Origin: Obrimoposthia wandeli | Taxonomy: Eukaryota | Length of the DNA: 64,000 nt | Assembly: GCA_977020255.1 (NCBI GenBank) | Contig: CDROCS010001674.1 | Coordinates: forward strand, 62,001-126,000 | Direction of reading: 5' to 3' | Shown: in pieces, positions 22,249-33,317 of the stretch | How positions within the stretch are numbered: the stretch's first letter is position 1 | How the letters are laid out: every line of letters begins with the position of its first letter | Made by a program: the position numbers and the translations under genes | The notes under the pieces: generated by a model | Seen by the model: the letters and a program-made list of their open reading frames with translations, nothing else | Databases searched by the model: none | What the model was told of the DNA's origin: nothing

Positions 22249-23589
22249 TTGAGTAACTTCAGTCTTGATTTTTCATCGGATTTCCGCCCACTAGCGGCAA
22301 GAATGCGACCTCGTACTGTGGAAGAGTACATTGGTCAACAACATATCCTTGGTGAAGGTAAACCATTACGACGCGCATTAGAGGCGGGTCATCTGCATTC
22401 AATGATTCTTTGGGGACCGCCAGGCACAGGGAAAACAACATTAGCTGAAGTGGCGGCCAATTATGCCAATGCAGAAGTTGAGCGTGTATCGGCTGTAACT
22501 TCTGGCGTTAAAGATATCCGTATTGCTATCGATAAAGCCCGTGAGAATAAGATGGCAGGGCGACGCACTATATTATTTGTAGATGAGGTGCATCGCTTTA
22601 ATAAAAGTCAGCAAGATGCTTTTCTGCCACATATTGAAGATGGCACGGTTACTTTTATTGGTGCTACAACAGAGAACCCGTCGTTTGAGCTTAATAACGC
22701 ATTGCTGTCGCGCGCCCGTGTTTATAAGCTGAAATCATTAGAAACGACTGAAGTGTTAGCGGTTGTTGAGCAGGCACTTAAGGATAGCTCTCGTGGTATA
22801 TCTGATACGAACCTTGAATTTGTTGATGATGTAAAAGAACGTCTTTCCGAATTGGTATGTGGTGATGCCCGTATGTCACTCAATTATCTTGAACAGTTAA
22901 TTGATATGGCAGAAGAAAACAAGGCGGGTATTAAGCAGATTACACTCGAATTACTTGCTGAAGTGGCGGGTGAGAAAATAGGGCGCTTTGATAATAAAGG
23001 TGATCTTTGGTACGACATGATTTCGGCAGTGCATAAATCAATTCGAGGCTCTAACCCAGATGGTGCATTGTATTGGTTTGCACGTATGCTGCAAGCTGGC
23101 TGTGATCCGCTCTATATTGTGCGACGACTATTAGCGATTGCCTCTGAAGATATCGGTAATGCCGATCCTCGTGCAATGCAGGTTGCAGTATCAGCGTGGG
23201 ATTGCTTTACGCGTATCGGAGCGTACGAAGGGGAACGTGCTATTGCTCAGGCGATTGTTTATCTTGCCTGTGCGCCTAAAAGTAATGCGGTTTACGTGGC
23301 GTTTGCAAAAGCAAAGCAAGATGCAGCACATCATCCTGATTATGAAGTACCACCCCATTTACGTAATGCCCCAACTAAATTAATGAAAGAATTGGGTTAT
23401 GGTGCGGAATATCGCTATGCGCATGATGAGCCTGGTGCATATGCTGCGGGTGAGAACTATTTCCCACCAGAATTGAAAGATACACGTTACTATGAACCAT
23501 CAAATCGTGGCTTAGAAACCAAATTTGCCGAAAAGTTGGATTATCTTGCCTTATTAGATGCTAAAAGCACATTAAAGCGCTACCAATAA
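22249..23589 (+). CDS. rarA: Replication-associated recombination protein RarA/MgsA
   Basis: [40 protein letters not shown]; TTG start behind AGGGAG. Confidence 0.96.
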   Translation: MSNFSLDFSSDFRPLAARMRPRTVEEYIGQQHILGEGKPLRRALEAGHLHSMILWGPPGTGKTTLAEVAANYANAEVERVSAVTSGVKDIRIAIDKARENKMAGRRTILFVDEVHRFNKSQQDAFLPHIEDGTVTFIGATTENPSFELNNALLSRARVYKLKSLETTEVLAVVEQALKDSSRGISDTNLEFVDDVKERLSELVCGDARMSLNYLEQLIDMAEENKAGIKQITLELLAEVAGEKIGRFDNKGDLWYDMISAVHKSIRGSNPDGALYWFARMLQAGCDPLYIVRRLLAIASEDIGNADPRAMQVAVSAWDCFTRIGAYEGERAIAQAIVYLACAPKSNAVYVAFAKAKQDAAHHPDYEVPPHLRNAPTKLMKELGYGAEYRYAHDEPGAYAAGENYFPPELKDTRYYEPSNRGLETKFAEKLDYLALLDAKSTLKRYQ

Positions 23590-23699
23590 TAAGGCTTTTT
23601 GGGTATCGTTAAGTAATTGGCGTCAGAGTTCCTGACGTACCGAAATTTAAGATTATTTTGGCAATTTTTGCCTAAATAACGAGCACTTCAGAATATTAA

Positions 23700-25007
<1,308 letters not shown>

Positions 25008-25034
25008 TCTTTCTAGAGGTTAGCGATAAAGAAG

Positions 25035-25060
25035 AAACCCAGCTAAAGCTGGGTTTTTTT
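25035..25060 (+). terminator. Terminator of serS
   Basis: AAACCCAGC-TAAA-GCTGGGTTTTTTT. Confidence 0.85.
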
Positions 25061-25096
25061 ATATGTGTAATACAATTAAAATTAGAAATTAATATA

Positions 25097-25966
25097 TTAG
25101 TGCGAAATAGAATACAAGTTGGATGTTTTCTGAAAAGCCACTACATTACTGCTAGTGTGCTGAAGTTCAGGAAAACGAACAGAAATATCAGTCGCGATAT
25201 CAGTTAAGATTATGTCGAATAAATTGAAAATCGTGTCAGAGATTTTAAGTGATAATTGGTATAGACCATTTTTCACGTCTTCCAAATTTCTTGCTTGTAA
25301 ATTGATGCCCTCAAACTCCAACATAAGATCATCAATAATAAAAGCAGGTACTGGCTTGCTTGCGAGTAAAGCAACCTGTCCTAGTCGACGCTGAATAACA
25401 CTGATGTGTACTTTTAACTCACGCTCACTTGAGGTTTTTCCTAAGGTGTAACAATCAATGATGTAGCGAAATCGACTTAAACTATCAATCGCATTTAAAG
25501 TAATAGGCCAAGCTGTTTGATAGGTTTTAAATGACGTTTTTTTATCTGCCGCGAGCAAGCTTTGGGTAATCACATCATCAATTAAGTACAAAACATGTCG
25601 AACCGCTTTTCCATGAACAACCTGATTACGCCGTATGGAATAGCTTGACCATTCATCCAGTAATTTATTGATTTGCTTTTCAATAATACGGTACATGGGT
25701 TTATGAGCTGAATCGGCTTGAGAGGACAAGATCTTCATCAAGGACTTAAGAGCAGTGTGTTCACTCAGTTTTGTCACTTCAGAATGATTGGTTTTAGATA
25801 AATATTGATGTGATTCACGACGATGAAAGCGCAGTAAATAAATAAGCTGCCTAAGGCCGATGACTTGATCAAATCGAGCTTGTAAAAGGTGCTTATTTTC
25901 CCTTGCCTGCCAAATGAAGAAGCAACTTACGCTAAAGATAATTACGAATAGTAATAGTATCCACAT
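25097..25966 (-). CDS. Hypothetical protein: N-terminal membrane anchor plus helical domain (possibly NIT-like)
   Basis: 289 aa with a strong AGGAGG SD and a single hydrophobic N-terminal segment; the family call is inference only. Confidence 0.75.
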   Translation of the reverse strand: MWILLLFVIIFSVSCFFIWQARENKHLLQARFDQVIGLRQLIYLLRFHRRESHQYLSKTNHSEVTKLSEHTALKSLMKILSSQADSAHKPMYRIIEKQINKLLDEWSSYSIRRNQVVHGKAVRHVLYLIDDVITQSLLAADKKTSFKTYQTAWPITLNAIDSLSRFRYIIDCYTLGKTSSERELKVHISVIQRRLGQVALLASKPVPAFIIDDLMLEFEGINLQARNLEDVKNGLYQLSLKISDTIFNLFDIILTDIATDISVRFPELQHTSSNVVAFQKTSNLYSISH

Positions 25967-26011
25967 AATTCCTCCTAGATATACATACGATTGTTATACG
26001 TAATATAACTT

Positions 26012-26028
26012 AGCAATATATATGCCTG
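26012..26028 (-). promoter_or_regulatory. Candidate sigma54 (-24/-12) promoter
   Basis: Minus strand CAGGCATATATATTGCT; GG to GC spacing is exactly canonical; predicted +1 near 26001. Confidence 0.6.
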
Positions 26029-26183
26029 TAATGAATTTAAATTAATTCATTATATAACAATGCATTATGGTGATTGTTGATTAGTGGAGTATGACTATAT
26101 GTGTTGTTTTGGTGAATATTGAACTAGATTGGTGCAGAGTTGATGACAGGGCTGAAATACTGGTTGATAAAAACAAGGTAAAC

Positions 26184-26220
26184 AAAAAAAGGCTTCACTA
26201 TTAAGAATAGCGAAGCCTTT
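26184..26220 (-). terminator. Terminator of the DAACS symporter gene
   Basis: AAAAAAAGGCTTCACTATT-AAG-AATAGCGAAGCCTTT; T7 tail on the minus strand. Confidence 0.8.
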
Positions 26221-26251
26221 AATTTAGTTAATTACAGTCGTTTTAACGTAA

Positions 26252-27565
26252 TTAGCTATTTTGCTTTAGGGTATGGAAGTGAACTTCTTCGGCTTTTTCA
26301 CCCGCTTTCGGGTCATTGAAAACATCGACATTCATTTCATTTTCAGACTTAGCAACGATACAAGTAACAACACTATCACCCGTGATGTTTACTGCAGTAC
26401 GAATCATATCAAGTAAGCGGTCAACACCCATGATAAGCGCGATACCTTCAACAGGTAGACCCACTTGATTAAGTACCATCGCAAGCATGATTAGACCAAC
26501 ACCAGGAACACCAGCAGTACCGATAGAAGCCAATGTAGCTGTCATGATAACGGCTAAGTAGTCACTCATTGTGAGGTCAATGTTGAATGCTTGTGCGATA
26601 AATACAGTCGCGACACCCTGCATGATCGCAGTACCATCCATATTGATGGTTGCGCCAAGAGGCACAGTGAATGATGCAACCTTGTTATTGACACCAAGAC
26701 GCTTTGTTGCTGTTTCCATTGTGACAGGAATAGTGGCATTTGAAGATGCGGTAGAGAATGCAAACATTACTGCATCTTCCATTTTCTTCAAGAAAACAAT
26801 TGGGCTTAAACCAGAAAATGCTTTTAGCATTACACTGTAAGTCACTAAACCGTGTAGTAATAATGTTGCACTAAGCACTAAGAAGTAGCCTAGAAGGTTG
26901 TAAATGGCATCTAACCCTAGACCTGTAAATAGTTTAGCCATTAAGAAGAATACACCGTATGGTGCAATGTTCATCAATAATGCAACCAACTTCATGATTA
27001 CTGCGTTTAAGTCAACGAATAGAGCAGCAATACGTTCACCAGGCTTTCCAGCTGCGCTAATAGCAACACCAAACAAAATCGCAAATACGATAATTTGCAG
27101 TGTATTACCCTGTGCCATTGAGCTTATTGGGTTTGTTGGGAACATACCAACAATAACATCGCCTAACGATGGCGCTTCTTTAGAGGCAAAAGTTGTTGCA
27201 GCAGAAAGGTCAGCACCTGCACCTGGTTGGAAAATTGTACCCATTGTGAGTGCAAGAGTAATCGCTAGTGCCGTAGTAACGAGATAAAACAGGACGGTTT
27301 TACCACCAAGACGGCCTAGAGTACTGATATCTTTTAGTGAGCTAGTACCACACACCAAAGATACAAATACTAATGGAACCACAAGCATCTTTAAGCTCGC
27401 GATAAAGATTTTTCCACCTACGTCAAATAAACCGTTCACAATGTACTCGTGAACGAAAGCCGTCTCGGCAAACAGAGAGCGAATGATAAATCCTGTTAAT
27501 ATGCCTAACAGCATGCCGAGGATAACGCGGCCAGTTAGAGACATCTTTTTCTTATCTGTATTCAT
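26252..27565 (-). CDS. Dicarboxylate/amino acid:cation symporter (DAACS, GltP-like)
   Basis: FSTASSNATIP, PLGATINMDGTA, GVDRLLDMIRTAVNITGD. Confidence 0.92.
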   Translation of the reverse strand: MNTDKKKMSLTGRVILGMLLGILTGFIIRSLFAETAFVHEYIVNGLFDVGGKIFIASLKMLVVPLVFVSLVCGTSSLKDISTLGRLGGKTVLFYLVTTALAITLALTMGTIFQPGAGADLSAATTFASKEAPSLGDVIVGMFPTNPISSMAQGNTLQIIVFAILFGVAISAAGKPGERIAALFVDLNAVIMKLVALLMNIAPYGVFFLMAKLFTGLGLDAIYNLLGYFLVLSATLLLHGLVTYSVMLKAFSGLSPIVFLKKMEDAVMFAFSTASSNATIPVTMETATKRLGVNNKVASFTVPLGATINMDGTAIMQGVATVFIAQAFNIDLTMSDYLAVIMTATLASIGTAGVPGVGLIMLAMVLNQVGLPVEGIALIMGVDRLLDMIRTAVNITGDSVVTCIVAKSENEMNVDVFNDPKAGEKAEEVHFHTLKQNS

Positions 27566-28097
27566 GAATAGAACACTCCTTATAATTATTCACTCTGTAA
27601 ATCACTCATCAGAGAGCGGAGCAGGTTAGCAGTAGTTTGGGTGTTAAAGCGAAGTAAAATGTTATTCAAAGTGCAAAGGTCTGTTTTAGATCACACTTTT
27701 TATTCTATTTACAGATTAATAAGCAGGGTATTTAACTGCCCATTAACATCGTGATTAGAATATAGTCGATTTTGCTAAGGTCTTGGCATTATTAGCGTCG
27801 ATTCGGTAGGGTAATATCGAGTTAAAGGTGTTTTTTGCATGCGGTCTAAAAAGGCTGTTAACAAATGAAAATGCATTTTTTTGGTCTGTCTGGTGGTGAA
27901 ATTTAACATTTAACAGTGACTTGGTTAAATAGGCTGGGTTTAATCCATATGTTCAGTGTTAAATATTGGATTTTGGCATAATGAAGAATGATAGTCTGGT
28001 TGAATGTTTTATGCATAAATACCGTTTATACCAGGTTTGATCGGCAATTTTACCAGCAAGGATGAGTCAGAGGCTTGTTTAGATTGGTATTACTTAT

Positions 28098-28122
28098 AAA
28101 AAAAGGAGCCAATAGGCTCCTT
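28098..28122 (-). terminator. Terminator of metG
   Basis: AAGGAGCC-AATA-GGCTCCTT with an A run on its left (T tail on the minus strand). Confidence 0.85.
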
Positions 28123-28141
28123 AATATTAAGACGTATAGCG

Positions 28142-30184
28142 TTACATAACACGCATACCAGGCTGAGCACCTTCGTGTGGTTCTAAGATCCAAAGATCTT
28201 TACCACCAGGTCCTGCTGCTAGGATCATACCTTCAGACATACCAAATTTCATCTTACGAGGTTTAAGGTTCGCCACCATTACGGTGTGCTTACCGACAAG
28301 CTCTTCTGGTGTGTATGCTGATTTGATACCCGAGAATACTTGACGTATTTCGCCACCGATGTCCAATTGGAACTTCAGTAGTTTATTCGCCTTTGGCACA
28401 GCTTCACACGATACAATTTTCGCGATTCGCATATCAATTTTAGCAAAGTCATCGAATTCAATTTCAGCTTCGATTGGCTCATCAATAAGAGGGCCTGTTG
28501 GCTTTGCTGATTCGATCAGTGCCTGTGCTGCTGCTGCATCTTCTTTAGAGGCTTCAACCATCGCTTCAACATGCTTAGGATCAATACGATTGAATAGTGC
28601 TTTAAACTTAGTCACTTCATGGTTAGTTAAAGGCTGTGCCACACCTTCCCATGTAAGTGTTTCGTTTAAGAATGCTTCAGTACGTTCAGCAAGTAATGGC
28701 ATTACTGGCTTCAAGTAAGTGATCAGAACACGGAACAAGTTGATACCCACAGAACAGATATCTTGTAGTTCTTGATCTTGACCTTCTTGTTTAGCAACAA
28801 CCCAAGGGGCTTTTTCATCAATGTATTGATTTGCTTTATCAGCAAGTGCAGTAATCTCACGGATAGCACGGCTAAACTCGCGAGTCTCGTAAAGTTCAGC
28901 AATACGGTCTGCAGCGTTGGCAAATTCAGCATATAGCGCTGGTTCTGCGAATGTTTCAGATAACTTGCCTTCAAAACGCTTAGCAATGAAACCAGCGTTA
29001 CGTGAAGCAAGGTTAACAATCTTATTTACAACATCGCTGTTTACACGTTGTGTAAAGTCTTCAAGGTTAAGATCTAAATCATCAATACGGCTATTTAGCT
29101 TCGCAGCGTAGTAGTAACGTAGACACTCAGGATCTAGGTGCTCAAGGTAAGTACCTGCTTTAATAAAGGTACCTTTCGACTTCGACATTTTCGCGCCGTT
29201 TACTGTTACGTAACCATGTACAAATACATTGTTTGGTTTACGGAAACCTGCGCCTTCAAGCATTGCAGGCCAGAATAGGCTGTGGAAGTACACAATATCT
29301 TTACCAATAAAATGATAAAGCTCTGTTGTGCTGTCTTTCTTCCAGAATTCGTCAAAATCAAGATCGTCGCGCTTATCACATAAGTTCTTGAATGAACCCA
29401 TGTAGCCGATCGGTGCATCTAGCCATACGTAGAAGTATTTGCCAGTTTCACCTGGGATTTCAAAACCGAAGTAAGGTGCATCACGTGAGATATCCCACTG
29501 ATGAAGACCAGACTCAAACCACTCTTGCATTTTATTTGAGGTTTCAGTTTGTAGTGCACCAGATTTTGTCCACGCTTTAAGCATGTCTTCGAACTGTGGT
29601 AAGTCAAAGAAGAAGTGCTCAGAATCTTTCATGATTGGCGTTGCGCCAGAGACTGCTGATTTCGGATTGATAAGATCTGTTGGGCTATATGTTTCGCCAC
29701 AATTATCGCAGTTATCACCGTACTGATCTTCCGCTTTACATTTAGGGCATGTGCCTTTAACGAAACGGTCAGGTAAGAACATTTCTTTCTCAGGATCAAA
29801 TAGCTGAGAAATAGTACGGTTAGTAATATAACCTTTGTCTTTTAGCTGAGTATAAACAAATGATGCTAGCTCACGGTTTTCGTTACTGTGAGTGCTGTGA
29901 TAATTATCAAAGCTAATATCGAAGCGTGCAAAATCAGCTTGGTGCTCTTTGCTTACTTCTGCAATCATTTGCTCAGGTTCCATACCCATCTGCTGGGCCT
30001 TAAGCATGATTGGAGTACCGTGTGCGTCGTCTGCACAGATAAAGTGTACTTCGTTACCACGAAGGCGCTGATAGCGCACCCAAATATCCGCTTGAACATG
30101 CTCTAGCATGTGGCCAAGGTGGATAGAACCGTTAGCGTACGGTAGGGCGCAGGTCACCAGAATTTTTCTTGGGTTTGCAGCCAT
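28142..30184 (-). CDS. metG: Methionine-tRNA ligase with C-terminal tRNA-binding domain
   Basis: [19 protein letters not shown] knuckle, KMSKS, C-terminal OB fold. Confidence 0.98.
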   Translation of the reverse strand: MAANPRKILVTCALPYANGSIHLGHMLEHVQADIWVRYQRLRGNEVHFICADDAHGTPIMLKAQQMGMEPEQMIAEVSKEHQADFARFDISFDNYHSTHSNENRELASFVYTQLKDKGYITNRTISQLFDPEKEMFLPDRFVKGTCPKCKAEDQYGDNCDNCGETYSPTDLINPKSAVSGATPIMKDSEHFFFDLPQFEDMLKAWTKSGALQTETSNKMQEWFESGLHQWDISRDAPYFGFEIPGETGKYFYVWLDAPIGYMGSFKNLCDKRDDLDFDEFWKKDSTTELYHFIGKDIVYFHSLFWPAMLEGAGFRKPNNVFVHGYVTVNGAKMSKSKGTFIKAGTYLEHLDPECLRYYYAAKLNSRIDDLDLNLEDFTQRVNSDVVNKIVNLASRNAGFIAKRFEGKLSETFAEPALYAEFANAADRIAELYETREFSRAIREITALADKANQYIDEKAPWVVAKQEGQDQELQDICSVGINLFRVLITYLKPVMPLLAERTEAFLNETLTWEGVAQPLTNHEVTKFKALFNRIDPKHVEAMVEASKEDAAAAQALIESAKPTGPLIDEPIEAEIEFDDFAKIDMRIAKIVSCEAVPKANKLLKFQLDIGGEIRQVFSGIKSAYTPEELVGKHTVMVANLKPRKMKFGMSEGMILAAGPGGKDLWILEPHEGAQPGMRVM

Positions 30185-30447
30185 AATTACTTATTTCGCT
30201 CATGATGGGTAAAAATAGAATAAGCATCAAATATTACCTGATCAGCAGCATATTGCCTAGCGTCACTGGGTGATTTATCTAAGTTAAACACTGTCTAAAT
30301 AGCAGCCGTATGGGTACATTGGTGGTAGGATTAAGAAAAAGAAGATGAATCTATCCTTTTCCCTAACTACCTCAATACTTTGCATATACTTAGGTTGTTA
30401 GTGGGTTGTGATAATAAGTCTAATAGGAACGTGGAGCGTTAAGCCTT

Positions 30448-31539
30448 ATGGGGAATGATTCGATGATTCGCTTTGAAAATGTTACAGATATCTGTCTTTG
30501 GTTAAACCACTTTGAGCATCCTTTACTCATTTCAGAATGGGCAGAGACTGAAAATATTGTGTCGGTATCTGCTCAAGGTACAGTGACCATAACCCTCCCT
30601 TTTGCTGCTGCCGCCATTACTGAATTACTTGAACAGTGGATTATTACTCAACAAGAGTTGCACCATGTTGCTGCCAATATGGCGTTTATTGTTCAATGCC
30701 GTGTTGCAACATTAGCATGTGGTAAAAAACAACCGTTAAAGGGTGTTAAAAATATTATCGTTGTAAGCTCGGCAAAAGGCGGAGTGGGTAAATCGACAAC
30801 GGCTGTTAACTTGGCGTTAGGCTTGCAGAAACAAGGCGCAAAAGTTGGCTTATTAGATGCTGATATTTATGGCCCTTCTGTACCTTTGATGCTGGGTACG
30901 GTAGATGAAAAGCCACAATCAACCGATGGCAAGATGATGTTACCTGTTGAATCATGCGGTTTGTATACGAATTCAGTCGGCTATTTGGTACCCGCAGAGA
31001 GCGCGACAATTTGGCGTGGACCGATGGCATCAAAAGCATTACAGCAAATCATTACTGAAACATGGTGGCCAGATCTCGATTATCTTGTCATTGATATGCC
31101 ACCGGGTACGGGTGATATTCAATTGACACTTGCTCAACAAGTTCCTGTCACAGGTGCGATTGTTATTACGACACCACAAGACTTAGCATTAGCTGATGCC
31201 ATTAAAGGCATAAGCATGTTTGATAAAGTGGATGTGCCTATCGTAGGTTTGGTTGAAAACATGAGCTATCACATTTGCAGTAATTGTGGTCATCACGAGA
31301 CTATTTTTGGTACTGGCGGTGCAGAGCGCATGGCTAAAGAATATTCCGTACCTTTATTAGCGCAACTACCACTGCATATTACTATTCGTGAAGATATCGA
31401 CCGTGGTAAGCCAACCGTTGCGGCATCGCCTGACTCAGAGCAAGCAGCTGCATACATTGATCTTGCTGGACAAGTTGCGAGTCGATTATTCTGGCAAGGT
31501 GACGTTGTTACAGAGCAGATTACTATTCGTACGATGTAA
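30448..31539 (+). CDS. apbC: Fe-S cluster carrier ATPase Mrp/ApbC
   Basis: KGGVGKST, IWRGPMAS, DMPPGTGDIQLT, ENMS, CSNC; start could also be 30463. Confidence 0.93.
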   Translation: MGNDSMIRFENVTDICLWLNHFEHPLLISEWAETENIVSVSAQGTVTITLPFAAAAITELLEQWIITQQELHHVAANMAFIVQCRVATLACGKKQPLKGVKNIIVVSSAKGGVGKSTTAVNLALGLQKQGAKVGLLDADIYGPSVPLMLGTVDEKPQSTDGKMMLPVESCGLYTNSVGYLVPAESATIWRGPMASKALQQIITETWWPDLDYLVIDMPPGTGDIQLTLAQQVPVTGAIVITTPQDLALADAIKGISMFDKVDVPIVGLVENMSYHICSNCGHHETIFGTGGAERMAKEYSVPLLAQLPLHITIREDIDRGKPTVAASPDSEQAAAYIDLAGQVASRLFWQGDVVTEQITIRTM

Positions 31540-31702
31540 GCGTATACGAATAAGTAAAGGCACTAAATATGAGAGAAATGTGACAGCTTTCTAACAAAGC
31601 GTGCTGGAAGTCACGTTTTTTCTGGCTTCTGGCGCTGCAAGTGCCTATAATAATGCGGTTAATTTTCCGCCTCGTCACGTTGTCTTACAGGTGCTTTCTG
31701 AT

Positions 31703-32347
31703 ATGTCTGAAAACTCACACCAATGCGTCATTATTGGTATCGCAGGTGCTTCTGCGTCCGGTAAAAGCTTGATTGCCAGTACTGTTTATAAAGAATTAAA
31801 AGAAAAAGTAGGCGATCACCAGATCGGTGTTATCACGGAAGATTGTTACTACAGTAATCAAAGTCACCTGACCATGGATGAGCGGGTTAAAACGAATTAT
31901 GATCATCCTAATGCACTTGACCACAATTTACTTTGTGACCATCTGCAACAGTTGATCGAAGGCAAAGCCGTTGAAGTGCCTCAATACAGCTACAGTGAAC
32001 ACACACGTTTAAAAGAAACCACACCAATGACGCCTAAAAAAGTGATCATTCTTGAAGGTATCCTTTTATTAACCGATCCACGTTTACGTGAACTCATGCA
32101 TGCAAGTGTGTTCATGGATACGCCATTAGATATTTGTTTACTTCGCCGTTTGCAGCGTGATGTTGCTGAACGTGGTCGTACAATGGAATCTGTGCTTGTG
32201 CAGTATCAAAAGACGGTACGCCCTATGTTCATGCAGTTTATTGAACCGTCTAAACAATATGCCGATATCATCGTACCGCGTGGAGGTAAAAACCGAATCG
32301 CGATTGATGTATTGAAGGCGCATATTGCCAAGTTGCTAAAATCATAA
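31703..32347 (+). CDS. udk: Uridine kinase
   Basis: [28 protein letters not shown]; start moved to ATG 31703. Confidence 0.96.
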   Translation: MSENSHQCVIIGIAGASASGKSLIASTVYKELKEKVGDHQIGVITEDCYYSNQSHLTMDERVKTNYDHPNALDHNLLCDHLQQLIEGKAVEVPQYSYSEHTRLKETTPMTPKKVIILEGILLLTDPRLRELMHASVFMDTPLDICLLRRLQRDVAERGRTMESVLVQYQKTVRPMFMQFIEPSKQYADIIVPRGGKNRIAIDVLKAHIAKLLKS

Positions 32348-32357
32348 TGTGATTACT

Positions 32358-32382
32358 AAGGCTGACATTGTCAGCCTTTTTT
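32358..32382 (+). terminator. Terminator after udk
   Basis: AAGGCTGAC-ATT-GTCAGCCTT-TTTT. Confidence 0.75.
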
Positions 32383-32451
32383 ATATCCGCTTATTGGCGA
32401 ATTGTCGTCAGAGTACAAGCGAATTGGCTGTTTTCAGGAGGTAACATAGAT

Positions 32452-33036
32452 ATGAGACTCTGTGATAGGGATATCAAGACATATCTTGATGAAGGCAAAA
32501 TTCTTATAGAGCCACGGCCGTCAAATGACAGTATTAGTGGTTTAACGGTTGATGTGTCTTTGGGTAATAAGTTTCGTGTTTTTACCGACCATAGCGCCCC
32601 CTTTATCGACCTTTCCGGTAAGAAAGAAGATGTTGCATCCCAACTTGAAAAAGTCATGAGCGATGAAATTCTCATTGAAGAGGATGAAGCGTTTTATCTG
32701 CACCCAGGCCAGCTTGCTTTGGCTGTTACACAAGAATCAGTTACCTTACCTGGTAATATTGTAGGCTGGTTAGATGGCCGTTCTTCATTAGCTCGCTTAG
32801 GGTTAATGGTGCATGTAACAGCACACCGCATTGATCCTGGCTGGTCTGGTCATATTGTACTTGAATTCTTTAACAGTGGTCGTTTACCGCTGGCACTTCG
32901 CCCTAATATGCCTATAGGTGCGTTAAGTTTCGAAATATTATCTGATTTTGCTGAAAAACCGTATAACAAGCGCGAAGATGCGAAGTATAAAAATCAGCAA
33001 GGTGCGGTTGCAAGCCGAATAAATGAAGATAAATAA
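32452..33036 (+). CDS. dcd: dCTP deaminase
   Basis: [31 protein letters not shown]; CAGGAGG SD before ATG 32452. Confidence 0.96.
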   Translation: MRLCDRDIKTYLDEGKILIEPRPSNDSISGLTVDVSLGNKFRVFTDHSAPFIDLSGKKEDVASQLEKVMSDEILIEEDEAFYLHPGQLALAVTQESVTLPGNIVGWLDGRSSLARLGLMVHVTAHRIDPGWSGHIVLEFFNSGRLPLALRPNMPIGALSFEILSDFAEKPYNKREDAKYKNQQGAVASRINEDK

Positions 33037-33080
33037 TCCTTAAATCGAATGTAATTATTATGATTTGGTCATTCTTTATG

Positions 33081-33108
33081 AAGGCAGTCTTAACGACTGC
33101 CTTTTTTT
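33081..33108 (+). terminator. Terminator of dcd
   Basis: AAGGCAGTC-TTAAC-GACTGCCTT-TTTTT. Confidence 0.85.
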
Positions 33109-33156
33109 CTGCTTTAATCTAGGTAATAGAATATCTTTGTTATTGATATATAACTA

Positions 33157-33171
33157 AGTAACTTGGGTATA
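33157..33171 (-). repeat. ERIC-like terminal sequence, copy 2 (short)
   Basis: GTAACTTGGGTATA (33158-33171) is identical to 17797-17810. Confidence 0.5.
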
Positions 33172-33317
33172 GCGCTATTTAGTCGTAACATATTTTTCTT
33201 ATGGTTATTGTTTTTTTCGCCAAGAAACTAATTGTAGCCATCGCTGTCATAAATGGACTCTGACTAAAAATTTGAACGTAATAAAAGTCAGGAATAACGG
33301 ATAATTCAGAGGATACA

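Noticed and set aside
31499-31511. matS-like GTGACGTTGTTAC (and TGACATTGTCA at 32363-32373)
   Set aside because: The first has a mismatch and lies in coding sequence; the second is explained by a terminator stem. Not enough to claim a Ter macrodomain.
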